Counted from the first letter of the whole stretch, positions 1 through 13,611 are shown. The stretch: DNA of 58,766 nt, filler included, from Basidioascus undulatus (GCA_000826855.1; 4 parts of 4 records of this genome joined end to end with filler, not necessarily neighbours in it); one strand, 5' to 3'. Program-made: numbers and translations. Notes: generated from the letters alone by a model not told the origin.

Positions 1-1399
1 CGCCGGGGAGGTGGCGGAAGGAGGAGAGGAAGGAGAAGTGGGATTGACAACGGGATGGATGAACGCTGTGCGCCGAGATGCGCTTGTGCGGATCGTAGAT
101 GAGCAGCTGGCGCAGGAGGTCGAGCGCGTCCGGTCCGGCGGCGGTGAAGAGGTTCTCAAGCGGCTGCTTCGGGTAGTGCTTGAAGGAGACGTAGTCGGGG
201 AGGAGCGGATGACCCTTCAAGCATCACGTGGGCAGATGGAAGTCCTTCGATCCATCAGCATCCCTCGTCCACCCCAAAGCAGAGGGGAGAGGGAGAGGGA
301 GAAGAAGCGGAGCAACGCACAGGCCACTCCTTCTCGTCCGGCGTCCCGAGCGCTTGGAAGATCGTGTTGAGCTGCTCGACGTCCGACTCGCCGGGGAGGT
401 ACGGCGTGCGGAGCATGAGCTCCGCGAAGATGCACCCCACCGACCACATGTCCACCGCGGACGTGTACGCGCGCGCGCCGTACAGGAGCTCGGGCGGGCG
501 GTACCACCTGCAGCATGGCGGCGAATGTGAGCGAAAGCGGAGGGTTGATGGGTGGAGGAAGAACAGACACACCGAGTGATCACTTGCGAAGTCATCTTCA
601 TCCCTGGGTCCGCGAACTCGCGGGCGAGACCGAAATCGGCAATCTTGAGCACGCCGGACGAGTTGATGAGCAAGTTGTTGGGCTTCAAGTCCTGTTCCAT
701 CCCATCCCACGATTCTCCCTGGCGTCAATCGCGCTGTTCACCTCGGAGGAAATGGGGTGGAGGAAGACGAACGCGATGCAAGATCCAATTCCGATGGCAC
801 CACTCCACCCCGCGCAGGGTCATGGCGATCCACGACTTTACGTCTCCCGGCCGGAAGACGAGCGAGCGGTCCTTGATGATCAGCTCGAGGTCGGTCGTGA
901 GGAACTCGAGGACGAGGTTAAGGTTCTGCTTCGAGGAGAACACGTCCAGGAGCTGTTCCGACGAGATACGGTTGACTAGTGAGCACGTAGGACTGAGAAG
1001 GGCAGACAGGGAGAGGGGGAATAGTGCACCTCAATGACGTTCTCGTGCTTCAGCTCGCGCAGGAAGCGCACTTCGCGGATGGCAGACATGTCCAGACCGT
1101 CCTTGAACTGTCCGACCTTGATCTGTTCGTCCTCCCCACAACAGTCGGCCCTCGCATTCTTCAATGATCACGTCGCCCTCTCGCTTTTGGCGGACCTTCT
1201 TGATGGCGACCATCCGCCCCGTTCCCACTTCATGTCCTTGGTACACGGATGCATACTGCGCGGGACGCGGTCAGCGCAAATGAAAAAGGGAGAGTACGGA
1301 AAAGACAAGTCGACGCACGGTACCCTCTCCGACCTTGCGCTCCTTCGTGTACTTCTTCATGATGGCCGCGTTGGCCTCGGAGGAGAGGTCCATCGCCAT
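1..1399 (-). CDS. KIN28: TFIIH/CAK cyclin-dependent kinase (CDK7/Kin28), multi-exon, 3' end runs off the window
   Basis: Spliced fragments read [68 protein letters not shown] and [15 protein letters not shown]. The DMSAIRE helix is typical of fungal Kin28/Mcs6. Start ATG is at 1399 or 1393. Confidence 0.93.
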
Positions 1400-2199
1400 C
1401 CTGGCTGATTGACTGCTCCGACGGGCGGACTTTGGTCGATGGCGCCCACTCCCTCGTGAGCCAAATGAATCAAAGACTGATAGGATTCGAATTTTCACAA
1501 ATAAATCGAGAGAGATGTGCGGTTCTCGTCACTCTGGAGACGATCAGGTCGATTCGACGGGAAAGCGCGCGACGCGAGAAGTCCGGCGCTCGATCCCTGG
1601 ACCGGGGAAAGATAAAAAAAAACGCGGTGAGTTTATTCGGACGAGATACGGATGGTAGGTTCAAGGTAAGTAGCGAGGCGGAGGAGAGGTGATGGTCGTT
1701 TGGGTGGAGGTGGAAGGAAACGACGGCCAGGAGACGCGCCTTCCTCCGCTTCCGTAGGCGCGAGTTTCATTTGTGACTGTGGCGTGTTGGAACTATGCGC
1801 TGGTCGCGGAATTCAAGCACAACTCTTGCCGTCTTTCTAGAGTCTCTATATTCGATGGTTTTTTTGAAGAGAAACCTTTGAGCCATGCATACCGGGGTAT
1901 ACGGGTGCGCAGATTCCCATAGAATCTGCGCAGTGCTGCCCTGTACATTGGAGTTGTAGCCTGCTCTCTTTAACTATGCTATGTTACGACATCATCCAAA
2001 GAGATATTCGTAATGGCAAACATTCTGATTGTCCCTGTGAGAAAGATGTGACAGCCAGTGACAGTTAACTTCGTTGCGCTCATTCCTCACAGCCTTTCCG
2101 CATGCACACAACCTGCCACCTATACTAGCGCCACGACGTCGAGTACTGCTCGGTTTAGCACACTTATCGGAGAATATTGGGTGGATTTCAAGTAAACAC

Positions 2200-2228
2200 T
2201 GTCTTGTCTTGTCTTGTCTTGTCTTGTC
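2200..2228 (+). repeat. (TGTCT)n pentanucleotide microsatellite
   Basis: tgtcttgtcttgtcttgtcttgtcttgtc seen directly. Confidence 0.9.
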
Positions 2229-2229
2229 A

Positions 2230-2650
2230 CGCTCTCGGAGAAGAGCACTTCGCTGTTGAGTGCAACAAGACGCTCTTGCCTCGTCTCCACCTTTGCTCAC
2301 GGCCTCGAGGTTGTCTCGCTTATCTCCGCCTTCGCCGGTCCGTCCACGCTTCATTCCCTCGCCGCCTCGAACAGCCGCACTCTCTCGGACCTCGATCTCG
2401 CTCTTGCGGTTCCTCATCCCAGAATGTCTGGAGCTTTTACCTGGATTTACAGAGCTGCGGAAATGCGATTCAGATAGACTTGCAAGGCCAGCCTCGGCCG
2501 TCTCGCCGACGTCGAAGCCTTCACGCTGCCCAACTTGTGTTTGCAAGAAGTCTTGTCGACCGGGGATGTTGACTCAGGCGCCCCTGACCTCATAGGCTTC
2601 TTGACGCGTTGCACCTTACCGAGCCTGCGAACGGCTAGGTTGTTTTGTCA
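2230..2650 (+). pseudogene. Relic fragment paralogous to the F-box/LRR-like gene at 5059-6015
   Basis: Nucleotide similarity to about 5390-5620 (ggtccgtccacgct.cattccctcgccgcctcga.cagc..cactctc..ggacctc). Peptide AGPSTLHSLAASNSRTLSDLDLAL versus AGPSTLHSLAASSSGTLSDLNIAL. No start codon, and frameshifted. Confidence 0.65.
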
Positions 2651-3081
2651 AGGCCTGCAGGGCCGCTCGGTTTTTAGCATTCGTATCATGGAGCGCACTT
2701 GGACATTTACGAATATCTCACACACCTTTGATAAAATTACCCATACAGGCAAATGAGAGTAGAGTATGTCCAGCTTCAGCAGAAACCTGCGCTCCGCCGG
2801 TGGATGCGAGTATCCGTCCCATACGGCCCAAGAGCGGGTCTTCTTGCCTTGAGTCGGGACGGTTTCCGCTTCTTTGTGTGAGAGCTAGACATGATTACGC
2901 TCCTCGCTTGGGGATGGAGAGGCTGGTTGTGGATTCCGTTGCGCATTTCCTGTAACCTCAGTTGATGTATTCTCAGCCCACCGGATCAGCCACGAAATTA
3001 TTTGAGGCCTCCTCGGACACCTTCCGTTCAGAGTGAGTGACACTGACTCTCCATCCCGAGTAAACTGCCACTGGCCGTCGG

Positions 3082-4480
3082 TCATCCTCTTCCTTTACTG
3101 AGAGCTCCGATCCATCTAATCGCGACCAGAGAGGCATGCATATTGCATCCCCGCTGTTTTCGTGTTTTGACAGTGCAGCGTGCATGGCATGTCCTTGACT
3201 TCGTCTTGTTCAACGGCCTAGGCCTGATGCACCTCCGGATGATCTTGGCAGCCTCTACAACCTCCGGTGTCACGAATCCCGGGATGCAGAGAAAGGAAGT
3301 CCTCCGACTCGAAGCTTGCAGCTTCCAGCGCCCTATGGCTCTCATGTCCCCCAGCCCTCTCAAGAACCAGATCGAAAGCAGCGCGTTCCGCACAGACTGC
3401 GGCCACCACGAAATGAACCTCGTGCGGAAGTGCGGCGAGGCTCGCAAAGCTCGGCTGCTTAGCATTCTCATCAGGTACAAGCGAAAGAAGATCCGGGAGG
3501 CGGTGGCTCTCGTAGTGTCGGAAACGTTCGAGCAGATACGGGTGGTCGGCGGCGTTGACCGGAAGGGTGTACCGCAGTGCGACCACAGTCAGAGATAAAC
3601 GGGTACCTGTAGTTCGGACACTCCAATCGATGACTCTGCGCATGGGAAGGACAAATGGAATGAGAACAGGAAGGCTCCGACTGCGGTAAGTTCTGACTTG
3701 AAGGACGGAGAGAACACGTACCCGGTGAGGTTGAACTCTGTGTCCCAGAACACATTACCCCAGTGCAGGTCCCCGTGGTGAATCGAGAATGGCCCATGTT
3801 CAAGCTCAGAAGGGATGTCAGCGCGCGCGAACGATTGAAGGATGAGCATGTCGCGTAGGTCGAACCCACCGGGTCCGCGCCCGCGGCAGCGACGAAGGAG
3901 ACGACCATCCATGCGAGCAATGAGGTACTCCGAGGCGGATGTGGGGGCAGCTAGAGCGGGTGGAGCGACCCAAATGTCGTGAGGAGGTGTGGTGGTGTCG
4001 ATGACTAGCTCGACCAGAACATTTGCAAGCTGGTCGATCATGATCATCTTCTCCCTTGATTCGACAGGCAGATCGTCGTCCGTCCTTAACCTGTTGCCCG
4101 TCGATCCAGCTCATGAGGGCGCATGGGGCACCCACAGCTCCACTTCAGTCTCAAAAGTGTACACCCTCGGCAGAGGCAGGTGTTTGGAGCAGCCGCATAG
4201 CGAAGAAGGCGACTTCCGCCTCGAGGTCGCCAGGGCTGTGATTGGCGACGTCGGCAGTGGCCTCGAGACCGAGCGAGAATTTGGCAGTCCACTGGACTCG
4301 TCCGAAAAAGCGAAGGCAGTACGCGGCACTGAAGAGGCCGTACTTGGCCGATGAAGGCAAAACTCGACAGGCAGTACCGCCACCCAAAGCAGACGCCGCT
4401 GCGAGCAATGCAGGCTTGGAGACTCCCGCTTCGAGAGAAATGCGAGCAGCTTGAGTCTCTGACGATTCGAATGTAAGCAT
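3082..4480 (-). pseudogene. Aminoglycoside-phosphotransferase (APH)/kinase-like gene, frameshifted
   Basis: Colinear motifs in different frames: GLFSAAYCLRF..WTAKF, PLPRVYTFE, GAPCALMSWIDG, GPFSIHHGDLHWGNVFWD (Brenner HxDxxxxN motif), then an intron and VIDW. Confidence 0.7.
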
Positions 4481-5058
4481 AACGATTGAGTGTTAGAGGG
4501 GAAGAGGCGAGAATGGAGAGGAGAGCGATGTGAGTGTGGCGCGCAAAGAGCTGTTTTGGTCTGCTCGCCGTCGGACTCGCAGGTGGGCAGGAACGTCCCC
4601 ATATGTACCAAGATCAAGGCGACCCGTGATCGACGTCGGAAGTGTCGAAGTGTCGAAGCGGTTCACAGCGAACTCCGAACGTAAACAGGCTCGACAGTTT
4701 ACCGATTTGCATGTCAGGAAGAAATTCTTCACCTTCCTGTTTTTCCTTTGAAGGATCTCTGCCTGAACGTGTATGTGCAATAAAGTGCTGTAAATTTAGG
4801 ATGACCAGTTCTGTCAGGACACGGAAAGTATTGATGGGAGATGAGCCGTCTAGCTATAGCACTGTCCAGCGAGCAGGCTCATTGTCGCAGCCATCTTGTA
4901 TCATCCCGTCTACCGATCGCGCCGATTTCGGCGTTACGACACCCAAGTGACAACTCGCAACCGTGTCAGGGCTCGAGAGGGGGCCGAGCCGCGACCAGGA
5001 TCCCCTTGCTTCACGCCGTCACACACATACACACACTCTTACACTTCTTACTCAAACC

Positions 5059-6015
5059 ATGACCACTTTGCATCTTCCGACCGAGAGCTGGACCCGAATT
5101 TTCGCTCTTGCCGCCCACACCAACCACGCCGGCGGCAAGGCGGAGAGGGCCAAAACAACGACAACGCAACCCTCACTCTCGACTCGCTTCATGTCGGCCA
5201 ACGCTTGGGGTGCCTCATTCGCTGATGTGGTCCATTGTCTACAGGCTTTATCGGAACCTTATCGCTACCACTGCACAGTCCTACACAGTGAAGAATCGAT
5301 CGAGGCCTTCGGCCACCTCCTCATTCGGTTGGGCGTCCGTGGCCGCCGGCCTCTATTACGCACTCGAGGTCATTTCACTTTCAGAAAAGCAGGCCTTGGC
5401 TTTCAGTGCGTCAAGACACTCTTGCCTCCCATCCTCTCCTTTGCTCGTCGCCTGGAGGCTGCCTCGTTCTTGCCGGCTTCGCTGGTCCGTCCACGCTCCA
5501 TTCCCTCGCCGCCTCGAGCAGCGGAACACTCTCGGACCTCAATATCGCTCTCAGGGTCTTCATCCACGAATTTTGCCAAACTCGCGTTCTCTGGAACTCT
5601 TGTCATGCAGAGATGCCGGCCCAGATGTCCCCGATATGATGGGGTATTTCGCCCGTTTCAACCTGTCGAGCCTGGAGAGCGTCACTTTTATGAGCCGTTG
5701 CCCGCTGTCCAAGAGTTTCTCGCCCGCCACGGTGCTCAGCTGCTCGAGTTGCATCCCGGGCTACTTGATGATGAAGTCCATTTGCCGGGTCTTCTGTCCC
5801 TTTGCCCAAAGTTGGAGACGCTCGATATCCTCGCCAAATCGGTCTCAGTTGCACCGGTTGCTGATCAGTTTATCAGGTCTCCCGTCCACGCTGTGTACCA
5901 TTCACTTCGACTTCATCGACTTTCGGCAGGACGCGAACCTCCTTGGTCCTGGTTGTCTGCCATACTGAACGCGATCAAAGATTGCAAGTTACCCTCGTTA
6001 TCAAGTCGCCGATAG
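5059..6015 (+). pseudogene. F-box-like/LRR-like protein, probably frameshifted
   Basis: N-terminal MTTLHLPTESWTRIFALA resembles an F-box start. LRR-like LLSLCPKLETLDI lies near the C-terminus. The segment conserved with the 2.3-kb paralog is in a different frame from the long ORF. Confidence 0.55.
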
Positions 6016-7923
6016 TGGCATGTCTGTTCTATCTAATGACATGAAACTTTGATAGCAGCCAGATTCCAGTCGAGCATATGCCATGAATCCCCCTCGTCTA
6101 GCCAGTATGGCAGAAGCGCAGGTACTTTCTGTATGAAAACACGGTTTTGTCTATTGTGTGCGGGCAAGTGGAAGTTCAAGGCAGGCTCAGTCAACAGTGG
6201 GTATGAGATCCAGCTCAAGCAAGCCTCAGTCGTAGCTGACTTGGGAATGCCCCGTAGCACGCGGATTGGCCATGCCACTCCATGCCCCCAGACTTTTCTG
6301 GAGGGCCCAGCCACTGGTAAAGAAAATTAACGAAATTCTACAGTATACCTTTATCCATCAAACTTACCCACAGCAGTCCCAGAGCGAAACTACAGCTGCG
6401 ATCGCGATACCAATGGGTTCGCCGAATAGAAGCCGCGCTCGGTGCGTGTTGGTGACAGTTGCGGAGATCAGCAGCCCTGATTCTTGGTCTTTGCATCCAT
6501 TTTGTCCCAAGCCGTAGAGTATAGGTCCGGTGCTGTCTCCGATCCGTTCATGAAAGCGCAACCGGTATGCGGTAAGTCATGACCACCTCTTATCCTGGAA
6601 TTCCCCTTCCACCTGCTCTCAGAACCCGCACTCCATTTCTAACCTGCGTTTCTTACTTTTCAGGGCCCCCCACGGCCGCTCGGCGCCATCTTTTCGAATT
6701 GCAAGCGAGTGCTCAACAGACCAGTCGAAGCGCGGCGGTTTGCCGTTCCTCGGGCCAGTTGCCCAAATCCTCTTTCCCGGCACAGTGCAATGAGATATCC
6801 ATATAATATAAGGACACTCCGGATGTTGGCCTCCACAAGTTTGAGGTATCTCCGGCGTCATGTCGGGCGGGCGCACGCACTCGTCGAGGTCATGTCAACG
6901 TTGCAGCCTGCGCAGAAGCCTGGCGGTACCGTAAGTGGGGAAGGGAGTTCAGCGAGGCATACCAGCTCAAGTGAAAAAAGGGGCCGGATGAGTAGTATTT
7001 GGATTTGAGAATAGTTGAGGTGCATCTGTCTTTTCAGGACACTTGGCGTCTGGACGAAAGTGTGCGGCGTGACTGCCGGCAGCGGAGAGGTACTACCCCA
7101 TTTCCAGAGGCAGCGGCCTCTCTTTGGGAGGCTTTTCATTCACAGTCCTCCAGGACGATATTCACTCATTTGAACCTGCGCACTCAATGGTGCTCGCAAA
7201 ACGTCGAGGATGTCCCCATGCATTGCAACGATCGAGCGCTGCGTTCGCCTCCCGTTCTTGGGGGTCATCAGCTTGTCTTTCACACGACCTGTCCAAAGAC
7301 CTCTTCAAATTTTTCACATCAATATTGAGATATTGAAACGCGGTCCCCGTCCACGCGCAGCTCTTACACAAGGTGCCAAATCTTGCGAAACCGAGAATGT
7401 TCAAGTTGCTATTGCCATTCGTGAGAGAGAAAAGAGGCAGGAACGTTGTGCACATCTGGAGCATGCAATACATCCAGCGGGATTAGCCGTGCTGGGGTCA
7501 ACGGCTCGCTCGAGGGTAAGCATGCGCCCGCCTACTCATGCTCGACGTCGCAATGTTGCGCTTAGCCAGCATTGTTATCTTTCCTTTCTCTCCACTTGGT
7601 GCTGTGCCATATCTCACTTGAAGAAGGATCGACACTGTATGCGAGTAGCACCCCTCCCGGGGCTTGTACCCCTCGCGCGTATGACTGGCAAGCACACTGC
7701 TCGGCCCAAGCTTGCGAAAGGTCAAACACGCCAGGCAACGAGCACTGGAAACAGAACGCTTCCAGCTCAGCACCACCGCATGCGGTTCAGTAGAGATCAA
7801 ATTAGTCAATCGCCCAAACAATCAGCGGCTCATCATCACCACACCAAGGCCCGCGCAGCCCTTATATCTGCTCCCTCAGCCCTCGGCGCCACGATCTAAC
7901 CGCCCCGCCTCTCCTGTCCCGCC

Positions 7924-9167
7924 CTACACAGCCTCCGCCTCCTCAACCTCCAGCAGCCGCCGCACCTGCGCGCGCACGCGCCGCTCGTACTCGGGCTTGT
8001 CGAGACGGTAGAGCTTGGCGCAGTCTGTTCGTGTGCAGGCGGTCGGTGGATTGGTTGGCAGGTAGGTTCGCGAGGGTCGGATAGCGAAAATGGAAGAGGT
8101 GAGAGGGAGAGGGGCAAGGTCAGCGTCGCGCGGGAGCATGCGGAAGCCAGTGCATATTGAATGAGAGAGAGAGAAACGCACCGATGTTGGCTGGAGACTC
8201 GACGTTCGGTTCTGTGTGCGGAGGCAGAATTGTCTGGTCAGCGATTCCATCGCTCTTCTTCGGACATCGAACGCAAGCGCACCGGCCAACATGCTAATGA
8301 CGCTCAATAGGACCTATCCCGCCACCGTGCCTCCAGTCTGAATCAGTACAGGGCGGAAGAAAACGCACGAAAGAAGAAAAAGGAAAGAAAATAGGGAAGG
8401 GGAGAAGGAACGCGCACCTTCTCAACGCTTTGCACAGGGCTCCACCGCTCAGACGAGCTCTCGTACATGAGCGGGTCGTCGCCCGGCGCGTGGAGGATCG
8501 AGATGCAGACCTTGCCGTCGGGGTAGACTGGCGGGCGGGATATCAGTCGAGAGGGAGATGGGAGGTGGAGCGCGGGGGCATGAATGCACTGTTAGGGTGG
8601 AAGAGGGGCGGGTTGAACTGCATCCTGTTGGGAGAAAGAGAGAATATAAGTGGGCGAAGTTATGGGGAGGAGCGGGGAGAAAGGAGAGGGCGGAACTTGA
8701 ATGGTGCGAGGGGGTAGTCTTTGGGCTGTGGGACGGGTGCAGTCAAGTCGCCGGCCCGGGTCGGAGAGGGCAAGTGAGGTGAAAGTGGAGACGCACGAAG
8801 CTCAGATTCGCAGCAAACACGCCTCCCTCCTGCATTCCGCCGCCGTCCCATGTTCAGTTCAGAGCCGCATAAAGGTGAATGAAGGGGAGGGGCAAGTGAG
8901 GAGGACGACGCACGAAGGGCGTGTCGTCCGGACCCTGGATGACGGCCTCCCACTCAAACATGTTGTCCTCCGATATCGGACCTGATGTGTTCAACACCCA
9001 GTCCCACCATCCCATGTCCCGCATTCGCATCAGCGCCCCGAACACGAGCGAGCGGAAGCTGAAGATGGATGCGAACCGGCAGTGAACATGGAGTCCTCGC
9101 CTGTGCTCTGAGAGAGCTGCTTGTACTCGGTCATGAGCCTGCGCGCGGCGGTAGAACCCTTTGACAT
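7924..9167 (-). CDS. UBC7: E2 ubiquitin-conjugating enzyme Ubc7/UBE2G, about 8-9 exons
   Basis: Exons give [97 protein letters not shown] (catalytic Cys plus the acidic loop), [18 protein letters not shown], and a stop after EVEEAEAV. Confidence 0.95.
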
Positions 9168-9428
9168 GGTGTCTTTGGAATATATATCGGAGTCGGTGGT
9201 GATGAATGCGATGTAAATGGGCAAGCAGGGGCAAGATGTCGTCGAGGTGCGGAAGTAAGTGCGGCCTGCCCGGCGGATGACCAGCGGGTGGGCTACAGCG
9301 CGTGGGAATCGCGAGCGAGCAGCCAGCGTGCATTCCCAACTCGCTGCTCGCCTCCCTTCCTCCATCTTGAACAACAACACTCAGCCCCCCTCCCTTTATT
9401 TTACTTTCTTTTTCTCTTCATTTTCAGC

Positions 9429-9585
9429 ATGTCCACAGCTGGCGCGTCTTCCCCCCGCCCCCCCCCCCAAGGCTCCCCAACCGGCCCACAAGGCCAGCCC
9501 ATCCGCCTCCCGCCCAACTTCCGCCCGCCGCCAGGCATGACCCTCCAGCAGCTGCCCCCCGGCGTCCGCCCGCCGCCCCAGCTGC
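9429..9585 (+). CDS. 5' fragment of a proline-rich protein divergent from UBC7, cut by the contig end
   Basis: ATG follows a pyrimidine-rich leader. MSTAGASSPRPPPQGSPTGPQGQPIRLPPNFRPPPGMTLQQLPPGVRPPPQL is open up to the gap, with high GC3. Confidence 0.6.
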
Positions 9586-9685
9586 NNNNNNNNNNNNNNN
9601 NNNNNNNNNNNNNNNNNNNNNNNNNNNNNTTAATTAATTAANNNNNNNNNNNNNNNNNNNNNNNNNNNNNNNNNNNNNNNNNNNN
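9586..9685. other. Artificial contig spacer N44-TTAATTAATTAA-N44
   Basis: Exactly 100 nt; the central 12-mer has stop codons in all six frames; occurs three times. Confidence 0.97.
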
Positions 9686-12600
9686 ACGATGAAGAAGATG
9701 ACCGTGGACAGCATGAGGTAGAGACCGTACGCAATCGCGTAAATGAAGATCTCGACGAGGTCCCATGCGTCGGGCTCCATCGAAGGAAGGACCCGGTCGA
9801 CGGAAAGGGTCATGATGCTGTGTGTTTGAGAATCAGCTTCCGAAAACGAGCTCGACTGAATCAAGGAGAGCACGCACGTTCCGTCGTTGAGGAGCGCAAT
9901 GACAAGGACCATGAACGGAGGGAAGTCGAACTTGTACGCAAAGACCAAGATCGCAAAGCCGGTGACAATACGGATCGTGACGGCGCAAGCGTAGATCTGG
10001 GGAGGGTGCCCGGGATGAGAGCCGACGCGGGAATGGTGAATCAAGGCAGGTACGCACCGAGTAGTTGCGCATGCGTTGGAAGATGATACGGGAACCGCGG
10101 ATGGCGTGGACGATGGTGGAGAGACCGGGCTCGGTAAGGACGATGTCGGCGGCGCCGCGAGCAGCGTCCGTGGCACCCTCGACGGCGATACCGACGTTGG
10201 CGCGCGAAAGAGCAGGAGCGTCGTTCGCGCCGTCACCGGTCATCGCGCAGAGGTGGCCTGGAACGAAGTTCGCATCAGCGACCAGCTCGAAGAGGACGCA
10301 AAAAGGCTGAAAACTCACCCTGAGCCTGGATACGCTTGACAATCTCGTACTTGTGCTCGGGGAAGACACCAGCGAAGCCGTCGGCGTCCATGATCATCTC
10401 GTCCAGGGAGAGGTGCTTGGTGCCGGGCTCGGGACCGTCCTTGAGGACCTTGGCGGGGTACATGTGGTCGCCGAGACCGAGACGGCGACCGGTCTCCTTG
10501 GCGATGGCGAGCTGGTCACCGGTGACCATCTTGACCTTGACGCCGAGCGCCTGCGCGTCGTCGATCGTCTGCTTGGTGTCGGAGCGGGGCGGGTCGAAGA
10601 TGGCGAGGAGACCGATGAGCTCGAAGCCGGTGCCCTCGGCCTCGTGGTGGTCGCCGTTGACGTCCTCGTACGCGACAGCGAGAGCGCGAAGACCGCGGTT
10701 CGCGAACTCCTCGACATCGGCCTCGAGCGCGTCCTCGACCTCGACGGTCTTGTTGCGGGTGCAAAGCTCGATCTGAGATGGATGGACAATGTCAGGAACA
10801 GTCTCAAGAATTGCGAAGAGGGATGCACGCACGATGATACCAGTCATACCCTTGGTGACGCGCTTCAGCTTGCCAGAGGACTCCTCGCGGTAGGTGATCT
10901 CGGTACGCTTGGAGACGGGGTCGAAGGGCTTGAACTCGAGGAGGGTGATGCCCTCGCGAGCCTTGCCGGCCGCGACCGACTCGACGACACACTTGTCGAT
11001 GGCGTCCTGGTTCTCCGTGCGCGACGCGTAGGCGGCGAGGAGCATGACCTCCTCGGAGTTGAAGGGGCCGTAGGTCTTGACGAGCTCCTTGTCGATCGTG
11101 AGCTTGTTGGTCGTAAGCGTGCCGGTCTGTTGGAAGGTTGCGGGAGTCAGATACGGTCAACAGCGTGCGGTCAGAAGGATCCAGAACGCACCTTGTCAGA
11201 ACAGAGGATGGTGACACCCGCAAGCTCCTCAATAGCCGTGATACGGGTGACAATCGCCTTGTACTTGGCGAGCTGCTGAGCACCGATAGCGAGAGTAACC
11301 GAGAGAACACTGATCAAAGCGGAGCGTGGAGGATCTCAGCAATCATGCCAAAAGGCGCAGAAGCAGCTGGGTATGCACGTCGGCATGGCGATGGGGATAC
11401 CACCGACGAGGAGCACAAGGATGTTGTCGATACCGCGGCGGTAGTCGTAGCGGTGGGCAGCGTACATGACCAGGAGCTCGACTGCGCAGGCAGACCTCGA
11501 GTCAGTACCGAGCGACGCCGCTAGGGCAAAGTCGAGCTACGTACGGACGATGAAGAGACCGATGGAGCCAAGGCAGAACATGCCGATCTGCGCAAGGACC
11601 TTTTGCAGGTGACCGGTCGTGTCGTCATCCTGGCCGACGAGGGAGGCAGCGCGACCGAAGAAAGCTAGGGAACACAGACGGCAAGGTCAGCGGCCGCAAA
11701 CTCGAGCAGTAGACGTTGATAAGTGACGTACTGTTGCCTCCGGTGGAGATGACGACACCCTCAGCCTCACCCTGCTTGCAGGTCGAGCCGGAGAAGCACT
11801 GGTCGCCAAGCTTCTTGTTGACGGGGAGCGACTCGCCCGTGAGGGCGGCCTGGTCGATCGAAACGTTGAGGGCCTCCGTGAGACGGCAGTCCGCCGGAAC
11901 GATGTCACCAACTGTTGGAGAGGATGATCAGCTTGCGTACGCCGTGAACTTCGGGGTAATGGCTCGAGACGCACTCTTGAACGCGATCATGTCACCGGGA
12001 ACCAGCTCGGCAGACTCAATCTTCTTCCAGCTGCCGTCGCGCTTGACCGACGCCTGGGGCGCGAGCGAGTCCATGAGGGCCTTAACGGCGGAGCCGGCGG
12101 AGCGCTCCTCGTAGAAACCGATACCAGCGTTGATGAACAGCAAGAGGACGATACCGACGAAGTCCTGCCAGTCGGGAGGCTTGCCGAACCCGTTCGACAG
12201 GCCGATGGCGACGAGGGCGGCACCCTCCATGACCCACGAGAGCGGGTTCCACATAAAGGAGAGGAACTGCGTGGAGCTTTCCCGTTAGAGCGCACGGGCG
12301 GGAAGAACGCGGGCGTCGACGTACGTGGAGGAACGCGTTCTGCTCCTCAGCCTCAAGCTTGTTGGGGCCGAAGATGTCAATACGGCGCTGGGCCTCCTCT
12401 GTCGTGAGACCCTCCTCCGTAGCCCTGGCGGTGCAGACGATCAGCGCGAGGTCTCAAGGGGAAGATGGAAGCTTGAGCGCGAGACACGACGCACTGGAGA
12501 AGGGTGAAGACATCCTCGACGACGATGGTCTCGAGGTCAACCTTGTCCTTGTTGTACAAGTCCTCGGCCTTGAGCTCGATCTAAATATCGTGGAGAGCAT

Positions 12601-13093
12601 CGTCGGAGGCAGCGTCGAGGCGATTGAGAGGTCGGCAGAGCGCGTGGAGGAGGAACCAAGAATAGCATCAGCGACCTGACCAGCGATCGCGCTTGATTAT
12701 CTTCCCCAGCACGTGAATGATAGCGAGCGCATCCACACGACCAGCAACCATTCCACCGCAACGTCCTCCCCGTATCGCAACCTCGAGTTGCAGAACCGCG
12801 GTCGAGGGCGCGATGTGGCGCCGCCAGCGCCGCCATGCCAGCCCGACCAGCTCCGCGAAACAGAGGCAAGACGCACCTCGCTCATATCGACCAGCGCGTG
12901 CGTCGGCTTCTCCTCCTGTGAACGCACGCATCGTCAGTGCTCTGGGTGCACAGGCAGCAGCTCAAGTCCAACGCACCTCATGGCCGAAGTCCTTGTACTC
13001 GCGCTTCTTCTTCTCCGGCTCGGCGGCAGGGGCCGGGGCCACGTCAGCGGGGGCGTCGCCGCCCTCCTTTTCAATCTTCTCGTGGTCAGACAT
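9686..13093 (-). CDS. PMA1: Plasma-membrane P3A-type H+-ATPase, multi-exon, 3' end lost at the gap
   Basis: MSDHEKIEK start, [37 protein letters not shown] (phosphorylation motif split by an intron), [51 protein letters not shown]. Confidence 0.97.
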
Positions 13094-13611
13094 AGTGCGC
13101 GCGGGGGGTGGGGGGATGTCGGGAATGGGTGATTAAGGTAGGAATGTAGGAGGATGGGCGGTGCCGGTGAGGCGATCGCCTTTGGCGGGATCAGAGAATA
13201 GGAGGGGGCGCGACGACTGGGAAGTTGGGGGAACGGGGCAGAGAAGGGCTTGTCAGCGCCACCTTCTGCGTAGTCGTCTCGACTACTGGTGGTGGGGGGA
13301 GGGAGAGAGGGGGACTGGTTCTCACTGAGGGAAGGGAGGTAAGAGCGGAAGGGAGGAAGGCAAAGGGAGAGAGAGGCAAGGTGGGAAGAACGAAAAGAGC
13401 GGGCTGGCGGGTGGGATTGATATTCAGCTTGACTGAGATGCAGCCGCCCTGACCACGGCGGCCTCGCGCCTAAACCCAAACGATTCACCGAGATCACGCC
13501 CGGTTTTCCTGCCGGCGCGGCGAGCGGGTCCTCCGAATTTCGACCCCCGCCCGTGCCGCGGCGTCTTGCCAAGGCCAGGACAAGATTCACAACGTCGCCT
13601 CCTCGGACCGG

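Noticed and set aside
9586..9685. Palindromic TTAATTAATTAA inside N runs (also at 39408 and 49091), resembling piggyBac TTAA sites or a repeat system
   Set aside because: The identical 100-nt construction with six-frame stops marks an assembly linker; gene adjacency across these joins is unproven
10353..11279. Long ORFs antisense to PMA1 (308 aa) and to LSC2 (45528-46460)
   Set aside because: Shadows caused by high GC3 of the real genes
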